Assembly: GCA_013177935.1 (NCBI GenBank)
Contig: JABLXZ010000001.1
Coordinates: 35,794-99,793, forward strand
From: a candidate division WOR-3 bacterium
Lineage (GTDB): Bacteria; Hydrothermota; Tepidihabitantia; Tepidihabitantales; Tepidihabitantaceae
Length of the DNA: 64,000 nucleotides
Reading direction: 5' to 3'
Position numbers and translations under genes: made by a program. This document shows positions 38,596-45,970 of this stretch, piece after piece. How positions within the stretch are numbered: the first letter of the stretch is position 1; every line of letters begins with the position of its first letter. Below the pieces are notes generated by a model, which was not told the origin of the DNA, ran no database searches, and worked only from the letters and a program-made list of their open reading frames with translations.

Positions 38596-39078
38596 TCAAT
38601 AGGGTTTGCCGATGCCCTGCTGGCGCCACAGTTCAAAAATCGCGCGGCATTTTTCGGCTAAAAAGTCCGGGACGATTTCAATTTTGTCCTGGCCGATGGT
38701 TTTCATCTGCTGGGCGGAGATTTCCAGTTCGTTGAAGCCGGCAGCCCGGGCATCGCTAATCCGCGCCCCGAAGACAATTTTGCCGATTCGTGCCCAGTGG
38801 GCAATTGAGTAGCACATTGGACAGGGTTCGCAGGTGCAGAACATAACAGCATCGGTCAAATGAATCGTTTTCAACCGGCGACAAGCCTGACGGATGGCAT
38901 TGACCTCGGCATGGGCGGATGGGTCGTTGTCCTGCCACACGGTGTTGTGCGCAGCGGCGATAATCTGACCGTCTTTAACAATGACGCAGCCAAAAGGTGC
39001 CTGACCGGAGTTGATTCCGATGCGGGCTTGTTCAATCGCCCTTTCCATCGCCTCGTAGTCCGATACCCTTTCGCTCAT
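38596..39078 (-). CDS. guaD: CDA-fold guanine deaminase (GuaD-like nucleoside/nucleobase deaminase)
   Basis: 160 aa. PFGCVIVKDGQIIA..NDPSAHAEVNAIR..CTCEPCPMCYSIAHWARIGKIVFGA..AAGF closely follows the B. subtilis GuaD pattern. Stop lies 4 nt before the OFOR delta start. Confidence 0.7.
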   Translation of the reverse strand: MSERVSDYEAMERAIEQARIGINSGQAPFGCVIVKDGQIIAAAHNTVWQDNDPSAHAEVNAIRQACRRLKTIHLTDAVMFCTCEPCPMCYSIAHWARIGKIVFGARISDARAAGFNELEISAQQMKTIGQDKIEIVPDFLAEKCRAIFELWRQQGIGKPY

Positions 39079-39131
39079 ATCACAATTTTCCCGTTACCGG
39101 TGGTGGCTATCAATTGTGCAGTTTTCTTTCC

Positions 39132-39590
39132 TTATTTTTTCGTATAGGTGATTTGCAGTGCTGTCCCTTTATCCTGAGTTGTGACATTTATTGCGACAAA
39201 CTCCTTTTCATCCGGGCTGGCATACATCAGCATCGTCAGCTCCTGCGTTTCACTGGTGAGCGAAGACTTCCAGCTGGCGAGGGCGTTCTTGTAGAACTGC
39301 ACAACCTGCGGACGCGGGTCCTGGGTTTCAAATGCCCACATCGTTCCGGCACCATCCTCGGTGTTTGCCTGCCACTTTGCTTTGGCAACGGCATTCGGAT
39401 AGCGGAGATGCTGGGGCAGGTCCGAGATGTCAACAGTCCCGACATCGGCTTTGACCTTACCACCGCTTGCCTGCTCAATCATCCTTTCGGCAACCTGCTC
39501 GGGTGCCTTTTCGCCACATTTCATACATCCGGTATTCGACACCAAAATAAGTGCGAACACCACTGTAGTCAGAACAACTGCATAACGCAT
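39132..39590 (-). CDS. Hypothetical lipoprotein (paralog of 48612-49067)
   Basis: 152 aa. Lipobox LILVSNTGC. Shares L+YPNA...F.T.D....V..FY with the lipoprotein at 48612. Confidence 0.6.
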   Translation of the reverse strand: MRYAVVLTTVVFALILVSNTGCMKCGEKAPEQVAERMIEQASGGKVKADVGTVDISDLPQHLRYPNAVAKAKWQANTEDGAGTMWAFETQDPRPQVVQFYKNALASWKSSLTSETQELTMLMYASPDEKEFVAINVTTQDKGTALQITYTKK

Positions 39591-39667
39591 GCAACGCCTC
39601 CTTATTGTTTGAATTATGTTACTCGATAGATATCACAAGTCAATTTAACCAGACCGCGGACTTTTTC

Positions 39668-39695
39668 TTGACCGATGGATTTTAGCTTTTATAAT
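39668..39695 (+). promoter_or_regulatory. Sigma70-like promoter of the OFOR-GltD-Hdr operon
   Basis: TTGACC (39668-39673), 16 nt, TATAAT (39690-39695). The ORF-track ATG 39675 lies inside this promoter, so the real start is ATG 39711. Confidence 0.6.
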
Positions 39696-39710
39696 CACAT
39701 TCTTATTTCA

Positions 39711-40007
39711 ATGAAACTCTGGCGCAAACCATTAGATGCGGACCAAAAGAAACCGCCCCGGGGCGTAGTTCACATTTTGGTTGAGCGGTGTAAGGGGTGC
39801 GGATTCTGTATTACCTATTGTCCAAAACAGGTGCTTGAAGCATCAACCGATTTCAATCGTCGGGGTTATCACCCACCGGTTGTTAAATACCCGGAGCGCT
39901 GTGTTAACTGTGGACTCTGCACCGCAATCTGTGCCGAGTTTGCCATCTGGACAACACCGGCACCGGAAGACGAAAACACCATTTCAGGAGGAAAGGTTGA
40001 AAAATAA
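39711..40007 (+). CDS. 2-oxoacid:ferredoxin oxidoreductase, delta (ferredoxin) subunit (operon 2)
   Basis: MKLWRKPLD...CKGCGFCITYCP ... CVNCGLCTAICAEFAI (2x[4Fe-4S]). Confidence 0.8.
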   Translation: MKLWRKPLDADQKKPPRGVVHILVERCKGCGFCITYCPKQVLEASTDFNRRGYHPPVVKYPERCVNCGLCTAICAEFAIWTTPAPEDENTISGGKVEK

Positions 40008-41151
40008 CGGTGTTGTGCTGACCGGCGTGCACTTTCTTGATGGCGACCATGCCTGTGCTGAGGGCGCAATTGCTGCCGGGTGTCGGTTTTTTGCCGGGTA
40101 TCCAATAACCCCTTCCACTGAAATCGCCGAACGCATCGCCCAGCGTTTTCCTCTGGTGGGCGGTACTTTTATCCAGATGGAGGATGAACTGGCATCAATC
40201 GCAGCGGTTTTAGGGGCAGCCTGGGCCGGTACCAAGGCGATGACTGTTACTTCGGGTCCGGGGTTTTCGTTGATGCAGGAGAATATCGGACTCGGGGTGA
40301 TGACCGAAACGCCTTGCGTGGTGGTTGATGTCCAGCGGGGCGGTCCTTCAACCGGGCTACCTACCTTAACCGGGCAACAGGATATGATGCAAGCCCGCTG
40401 GGGTTCGCATGGCGATTATGAGATAATCGCCCTTTCACCCGCCTCACCCCAGGAGTGTTTTGATTTGACGATTACCTGTTTCAATCTTGCCGAGCAGTTT
40501 CGGGTGCCGGTCCTGTTTATGATGGACGAATGCGTGGGTCATATGACCGAAAAGGTGGTGATTCCTGAGCCGGAAAAGATAAAGACGGTGCCCAGGCGGT
40601 GGTATCGCGGTCCCAAAGAGCAGTATCGACCCTTTAAGCCAGCAGATGATGGGGTACCGATGATGGTACGGGCAGGAAAGGATTATCGGATTCACATTAC
40701 CGGATTGACGCACGATGAAAGGGGTTATCCGGTGATTAATGCCGAATGCCAGAACTGGTGCGTGACTCATCTGGTTGACAAAATCCGCAAAAACAGTGAA
40801 AAGATTATTATGGTTGATGAGTACCAGCTGGAAGATGCCGAGGTGGTGGTGGTCGCTTACGGGATAAGCGCCCGGGTTGCGTTCAAGGCGATTGAAGACG
40901 CCCGTGCCCGCGGTGTGAAGGTTGGGATGTTACGGCTGATAACCGTCTGGCCCTTTCCCGAACGCCGGATTAAACAACTGGCGGAGCAAGTAAAGGCGTT
41001 TATTATGCCCGAGATAAATCTGGGTCAGGTGTATCTCGAGTTGCAGCGGGTGGTTGCCGACCGCGCCCGGACAAGACATGTTCCCCATTGTGGCGGTTGG
41101 GTTCATGACCCGAAAGCCATCTTTGAGGCGATAATGGAGAGTGCCCGATGA
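39997..41151 (+). CDS. 2-oxoacid:ferredoxin oxidoreductase, alpha subunit (operon 2)
   Basis: TTG 39997 after GGAGGA. (M)KNNGVVLTGVHFLDGDHACAEGAIAAGCRFFAGYPITPSTEI...VTSGPGFSLMQE. The ORF-track start at 39781 overlaps the delta gene. Confidence 0.85.
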   Translation: MKNNGVVLTGVHFLDGDHACAEGAIAAGCRFFAGYPITPSTEIAERIAQRFPLVGGTFIQMEDELASIAAVLGAAWAGTKAMTVTSGPGFSLMQENIGLGVMTETPCVVVDVQRGGPSTGLPTLTGQQDMMQARWGSHGDYEIIALSPASPQECFDLTITCFNLAEQFRVPVLFMMDECVGHMTEKVVIPEPEKIKTVPRRWYRGPKEQYRPFKPADDGVPMMVRAGKDYRIHITGLTHDERGYPVINAECQNWCVTHLVDKIRKNSEKIIMVDEYQLEDAEVVVVAYGISARVAFKAIEDARARGVKVGMLRLITVWPFPERRIKQLAEQVKAFIMPEINLGQVYLELQRVVADRARTRHVPHCGGWVHDPKAIFEAIMESAR

Positions 41152-42038
41152 GCGAAGCAACTGCCAATATCTTTGGTCTTAACCAGCATCCGCTTGACGA
41201 CCTGTTGCGGGTGGACCGGATTCCCCATATCTGGTGTCCGACCTGTGGTCTGGGTATTGTTTTGAACTCTTTTTTGACCGCGGTACGGGAAAGTGCTATT
41301 CCCCGCGAGGACCTGGTTGTGGTGTCGGGTATCGGTTGCACAGGCCGTGCTGCCGGATATGTGAATCTGGACTCGTTTCATACCACCCATGGCCGGGCGA
41401 TACCGTTTGCGATTGGCTTAAAACTGGGTAATCCGAAATTAAAAGTGGTGATTATCTCCGGCGATGGCGATTTGGTATCGATTGGTGGTAATCACCTGAT
41501 TCATGCGGCACGCCGTAATATGGATTTGACGGTCATCTGTGTGAACAACTTCAACTATGCGATGACCGGCGGTCAGTTTGGACCAACCACGCCCCAGGGC
41601 GCTAAGTTGACCACGGCACCTTATGGCAGTTTTGAGCACCCGTTTAACATCCCGTTTCTTGTTGACTCCTGCGGCGCAACCTATGTCGCACGCTGGACCG
41701 TGCTCCATGTCCGGCAGATGACTCAGGCTTTCAAAGAGGCGCTGATGCACGCCGGGTTCAGTTTTGTTGAGGTGATTTCGCCCTGTCCGACCGTTTATGG
41801 CCGGCGCAATCAGTTAGGTTCCGGGCTGGAGATTGTAAAATACTATCAGGAAAAGTCGGTGGTTAAGAACGATATCGACACCCGGGAGTGCGAAATAAAC
41901 TATCAGGGCCCAATTGTTGTTGGAAGGTTTGTCCAGAAGCGAAAACCCACCTATCTTGAGGCAATGAACGATTTTTTGCGTTCCAGTGTCGGCGAGAAGT
42001 TCGTTCCCTATCAAGGACCAATGGAAGATGGAGATTAA
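41148..42038 (+). CDS. 2-oxoacid:ferredoxin oxidoreductase, beta (TPP-binding) subunit (operon 2)
   Basis: 296 aa. CPTCG, SGIGCTGR, SGDGDLVSIGGNH and NNFNYAMTGGQ motifs. ATGA overlap with alpha. Confidence 0.9.
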   Translation: MSEATANIFGLNQHPLDDLLRVDRIPHIWCPTCGLGIVLNSFLTAVRESAIPREDLVVVSGIGCTGRAAGYVNLDSFHTTHGRAIPFAIGLKLGNPKLKVVIISGDGDLVSIGGNHLIHAARRNMDLTVICVNNFNYAMTGGQFGPTTPQGAKLTTAPYGSFEHPFNIPFLVDSCGATYVARWTVLHVRQMTQAFKEALMHAGFSFVEVISPCPTVYGRRNQLGSGLEIVKYYQEKSVVKNDIDTRECEINYQGPIVVGRFVQKRKPTYLEAMNDFLRSSVGEKFVPYQGPMEDGD

Positions 42039-42570
42039 ACTTTCCGGGTTTGGCGGTCAGGGTATCATAATGATGGGGATGGTTTTAGGCCGGGCTGCTA
42101 CCCTGTATGATAACAAATATGCGACCCTGACCCAGAGTTTCGGGCCCGAAGCGAGAGGCGGTGCCTGCTCAGCGCAGTTGATTATCTCTGAAGAGCGGGT
42201 GCTTTATCCTTATTTAACTGCGCCCGATATTTTAGTGGCGATGTCCCAGGAGGCGTATGAGAAGTTTGAGCCGACATTAAAGGATGGGGGGATTCTCATC
42301 TGGGAGGAAAACCTGGTACGCCCTCATAACCATTTTGGTCGGGTTAAAGAGTTTACCATCCCGGCAACGAGGATTGCGGAAGGTCTGGGGAATCGGATGT
42401 TTGCCAATATGGTGATGCTCGGGTTTGTGGTCGCGGTGACCGGTGTTGTTCCCAAAGAGGCGCTAATCAAGGCGGTTCAGGACACACTGCCCGCGCGACT
42501 GCTTGAGAAAAACCTCGTGGCGCTGGAAAAGGGGTATGAGCTTGGGCAGGAAAAGAAGAAGTCGGTATGA
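42028..42570 (+). CDS. 2-oxoacid:ferredoxin oxidoreductase, gamma subunit (operon 2)
   Basis: MEIKLSGFGGQGIIMMG...QSFGPEARGGAC. ATG 42028 overlaps the end of beta. Confidence 0.85.
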   Translation: MEIKLSGFGGQGIIMMGMVLGRAATLYDNKYATLTQSFGPEARGGACSAQLIISEERVLYPYLTAPDILVAMSQEAYEKFEPTLKDGGILIWEENLVRPHNHFGRVKEFTIPATRIAEGLGNRMFANMVMLGFVVAVTGVVPKEALIKAVQDTLPARLLEKNLVALEKGYELGQEKKKSV

Positions 42571-44423
42571 AGGCTAAGGATGGTTTGACTCTTAAAGAGG
42601 CGTTGCGCTCAAAAGTGGCGAGCCTGAAAATCAGGGACCGGGAGTTTCAAATCGTATTGGCGCCCGAATCACCCTGTCGAGTTGCCTGTCCGGCTGGTGT
42701 TAATGTCAAGGCTTATGTCGGTTTGATTGCCGCGGGCAAGTTTGAGCAGGCGCTGGAGGTGGTACGGCAAACCAATCCTTTACCTGGAATTTGTGGCAGG
42801 GTGTGTACCCATCCCTGTGAGCAGGAGTGCCGCCGCGCCGAACTTGATGAACCGGTGGCAATTCGCGCCCTGAAACGATTTATTGCCGATTATGCGGTCA
42901 ATCAACCCCGGGCGGTATTACCCGCAGATACAGTTAAAAGACCGCAGCGGGTTGCGATAGTTGGTGCCGGTCCCGCCGGTTTGACCGCAGCAAATGACCT
43001 AATCCGCTTGGGGTATCAGGTGACGATTTTTGAGGCGCAGGAAAAACCGGGCGGGATGCTCATCTGGGGGATTCCGCCTTTCCGTTTGCCCCGACCAGTG
43101 ATTGAGCAGGAGATTGATTCGGTTCTTGGTTTAGGGGTGGAACTGTTTACCCGAACCAAAATCGATGAACCGGCACGGCTTCTCAAAGACGGTTTTGCCG
43201 CGGTATTTTATGCTCCGGGTTGCCAGAAAAGTTTGACGCTTGGTCGGCCGCTGGAGGATGAACTGTTCGGGGTGATAGATGCCCTTTCCTTTTTGAGAAA
43301 GGCGTTTACCGGTGAGATGAAAACTCTGTCCGGTCGGGTTCTGGTGATTGGGGGTGGAAATTCGGCGATTGATGCGGCACGGGTCGCAAAGAGGCTCGGT
43401 GCCGAAGAGGTCTGGATTGTTTATCGCCGGACCCGAAGGGAAATGCCGGCTGGTGAAGAGGAACTGTCTGAAGCAGAAGCCGAGAATATCCGCATCGAAT
43501 ATCTTACCCAGCCGGTCGAGTTTATTCATAAAGAAGGAAAGGTTACCGGATTGCGTTGTGTGCGTAATACACTGGGCGCGGCTGATGAGTCGGGCAGAAG
43601 AAAACCGGTGCCGATTCCGGGTTCGGAATTTGTAATTAATGCTGATTGGGTTATTACCGCACTGGGTCAGAAGGTGGAGAAGGATATTGACCATTTGCCA
43701 TCTGGTGTTTTTGTTGGTGGCGATGCCGCAGGCGGTCCGGCAACGGTGATTGACGCCATTGCCAGTGGCCATCGGGGCGCAAGTGCGATTCACAAGTTCA
43801 TCAGCGGCGCCGAACCAATGACAAAAGTTTCCGAGGTACAACTGGAGATTCAAATGCCGGTGCTAACTGCGGTGCCCAGGAGCCGGGTGCGACCGCGGCA
43901 ACTGGTACCGGAAAAGCGCAACATTTTTGCCGAGGTGGAGGAACCCTTGACACCAGCAGAGGCGATACAGGAGGCAGAGCGCTGTTTGCGCTGCGGCTTT
44001 TGTGGTGAATGTGTTCGGTGCCATCGGACCTGCCCGAAACACCAGGTGGCAATTCGGACTGATGACTTTACTGAAACAACATTTCTCCGAATCCACTCGC
44101 TCGAAACAGTTTTTCCTGACGGAGTGGAAGAGCTACCGGTGACGATAAAATTTAATGATGAAAAAGGGGAGCGGTACATCCCGGGCGTAATACAACCTTT
44201 GATTGTCAGGGTAGAAAAGGAGTTGTGCCGGGGTTGTGGAAGGTGCGTTGATGCTTGCCCGCACGAGGCGATTACGCGCGAGGAGTGGTATTCTGGTATT
44301 CAGGTGGCGGTAGTTGATAGCCGGCGCTGTCGGGGATGTGGCAACTGTTTGACCGTTTGTCCGAGCGGTGCATTGCAGAGTTATCTCAAATTTGTGCCGG
44401 TAGGTTATTATAACCAGCGATGA
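42567..44423 (+). CDS. GltD/NfnB/SudA-like NAD(P)H-binding FAD iron-sulfur oxidoreductase with C-terminal 2x[4Fe-4S] ferredoxin domains
   Basis: 618 aa. NPLPGICGRVCTHPCEQECRR (GltD N-terminal cluster motif), VAIVGAGPAGLTAA, VIGGGNSAIDAAR, then CRGCGRCVDACP and CRGCGNCLTVCP. ATGA overlaps on both sides. Confidence 0.8.
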   Translation: MKAKDGLTLKEALRSKVASLKIRDREFQIVLAPESPCRVACPAGVNVKAYVGLIAAGKFEQALEVVRQTNPLPGICGRVCTHPCEQECRRAELDEPVAIRALKRFIADYAVNQPRAVLPADTVKRPQRVAIVGAGPAGLTAANDLIRLGYQVTIFEAQEKPGGMLIWGIPPFRLPRPVIEQEIDSVLGLGVELFTRTKIDEPARLLKDGFAAVFYAPGCQKSLTLGRPLEDELFGVIDALSFLRKAFTGEMKTLSGRVLVIGGGNSAIDAARVAKRLGAEEVWIVYRRTRREMPAGEEELSEAEAENIRIEYLTQPVEFIHKEGKVTGLRCVRNTLGAADESGRRKPVPIPGSEFVINADWVITALGQKVEKDIDHLPSGVFVGGDAAGGPATVIDAIASGHRGASAIHKFISGAEPMTKVSEVQLEIQMPVLTAVPRSRVRPRQLVPEKRNIFAEVEEPLTPAEAIQEAERCLRCGFCGECVRCHRTCPKHQVAIRTDDFTETTFLRIHSLETVFPDGVEELPVTIKFNDEKGERYIPGVIQPLIVRVEKELCRGCGRCVDACPHEAITREEWYSGIQVAVVDSRRCRGCGNCLTVCPSGALQSYLKFVPVGYYNQR

Positions 44424-45961
44424 GCCGAAGTTTACCTCCAATCAGAAATTTTGCCTTTGTCTGTGAACGGGTGTCTGTACTGGTGCCGGAAGAGGTTTTG
44501 GTAAAAAACGGATTTGGATATCGCACGGTAAACTGCATTGGCCAGGTCGGGACCGGTTCGATTTTACAGGCGTTTGAGTACGGCGCTGACCAGGTTGTTC
44601 TATTGGGTTGCCCGGAACAGGAGTGCCGGCATGGGATTGGGGCACAAAATGCCCGAAAACAGGTAGAAACCAGCCGGCAATTACTAAACCTTATGGGGTT
44701 TAATCCTGAAGCGGTGCGTTTTGTCCCGGTGTCAGAGCGAAGTGAGCACGATGATTTGTTTAGCGTCCGGTTAGCGAGCAACAGGTCAAGCGGGCAGAAA
44801 GTAGCAGTTGGTATCGAACCGGAAAATGATGACAATTTTGCGCCCGCCGGAACAAAGAGACAAACCGATTTTGTCTGTATTGAGTGCGGCAGGTGTAGCG
44901 GTGTGTGTCCGGTTGCCCGCACCGGGCTCGGTTTTTCACCCCGGCGGTTGATGCAGAAGGCGGGGACCGAAGATGCACCATTAAAGACCAGGGCTCTTTA
45001 CGCCTGTCTGGGATGCGATTTGTGTAAAACGGTTTGTCCTTCAGGAAAGAGCATCGCCGAAGAGATATTGCGGTTGCGGGTGATTGCCTTTCAGCAGGGT
45101 ACGCAGCCTGTAATGGCACACGATGGGGTTGTGCAAACGCTTATCCGGATGATGGCAAAAACAACTTTGCCCCAGAACCGAAGGGAATGGATTAGTTCAG
45201 ACCTGCGGGTTGCTGATAGAGGGGAAATTGCCCTCTGGACCGGATGCGCGCCTTACTTTGATGTCCTGTTTAAGGAGATGGAAGTGAATCAGGTGGGCAC
45301 ATTGCGCAATGCGGTGCGGATTATGAACCGGCTCGGGATTGAGCCGGTAATTCTGGCGGATGAGCGGTGCTGTGGCCACGATTTGCTATGGCTGGGCGAT
45401 GTCCGCACCGTAAAGAAACTTGCGCGGCACAATTTAACTCAATTGCAGGATGCCGGGGTAAAAGAGGTTGTTTTTCTGTGTCCGGAATGTTTGCGGACAT
45501 TCAAACTGGACTACCCGCGACTTGCCGGAACACAGGGTGCGGAGTTGAAATTAAAGCATATCAGTGAGTTTCTTTTTGAACACGGGTTTAAGCCTGCTGG
45601 TAATGGAACGCAGATACGGGTAACCTATCATGACCCGTGCCGGTTGAGCCGACATCTTGGGGTCGAAGATGCTCCGCGCCAGTTGATTGGTCAGGTCAAT
45701 GGGGTTGAGTTGGTTGAGATGGCGCACAATCGCAGCGAGGGTTTGTGTTGTGGTGGGACATCGTGGCTGGAGTGCGGGGCGGCAGTGAAATTGCTGCAAG
45801 ACCGACGCCTGCAGGAGTGGCAGGCGGTAAAGGCGGAAACTCTCATTACCGGCTGCGGCAAGTGTGAAATTCATCTGCGCTGCGCCCAGATGAGTCGGGG
45901 AAATAATAATAAGGCGCAAAAGATTGTTAATCTGATTGATTTTTTTGCAGATAAGGAGTAG
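44420..45961 (+). CDS. Fusion protein: MvhD/FlpD-like domain + HdrC-like 2x[4Fe-4S] + HdrB-like double CCG domain
   Basis: 513 aa. N-terminal ..VNCIGQVGTGSILQAFEYGADQVVLLGCPEQECRH (MvhD-like). CIECGRCSGVCP and CLGCDLCKTVCP (HdrC-like). CCGHD..CPEC and DPCRLSRHLG..CCGG..CGKC (two CCG domains). Confidence 0.8.
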   Translation: MSRSLPPIRNFAFVCERVSVLVPEEVLVKNGFGYRTVNCIGQVGTGSILQAFEYGADQVVLLGCPEQECRHGIGAQNARKQVETSRQLLNLMGFNPEAVRFVPVSERSEHDDLFSVRLASNRSSGQKVAVGIEPENDDNFAPAGTKRQTDFVCIECGRCSGVCPVARTGLGFSPRRLMQKAGTEDAPLKTRALYACLGCDLCKTVCPSGKSIAEEILRLRVIAFQQGTQPVMAHDGVVQTLIRMMAKTTLPQNRREWISSDLRVADRGEIALWTGCAPYFDVLFKEMEVNQVGTLRNAVRIMNRLGIEPVILADERCCGHDLLWLGDVRTVKKLARHNLTQLQDAGVKEVVFLCPECLRTFKLDYPRLAGTQGAELKLKHISEFLFEHGFKPAGNGTQIRVTYHDPCRLSRHLGVEDAPRQLIGQVNGVELVEMAHNRSEGLCCGGTSWLECGAAVKLLQDRRLQEWQAVKAETLITGCGKCEIHLRCAQMSRGNNNKAQKIVNLIDFFADKE

Positions 45962-45970
45962 AATAGCACG

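Noticed and set aside
39675-39996. The ORF track gives longer N-terminal extensions for OFOR subunits and other genes. Examples are 39675, 39781, 38421, 38636, 41986, 53907, 55643, 58577, 62060 and 18247.
   Set aside because: The extensions overlap the promoter or the upstream gene. Internal starts give canonical N-termini and sit behind SD sites or ATGA overlaps.
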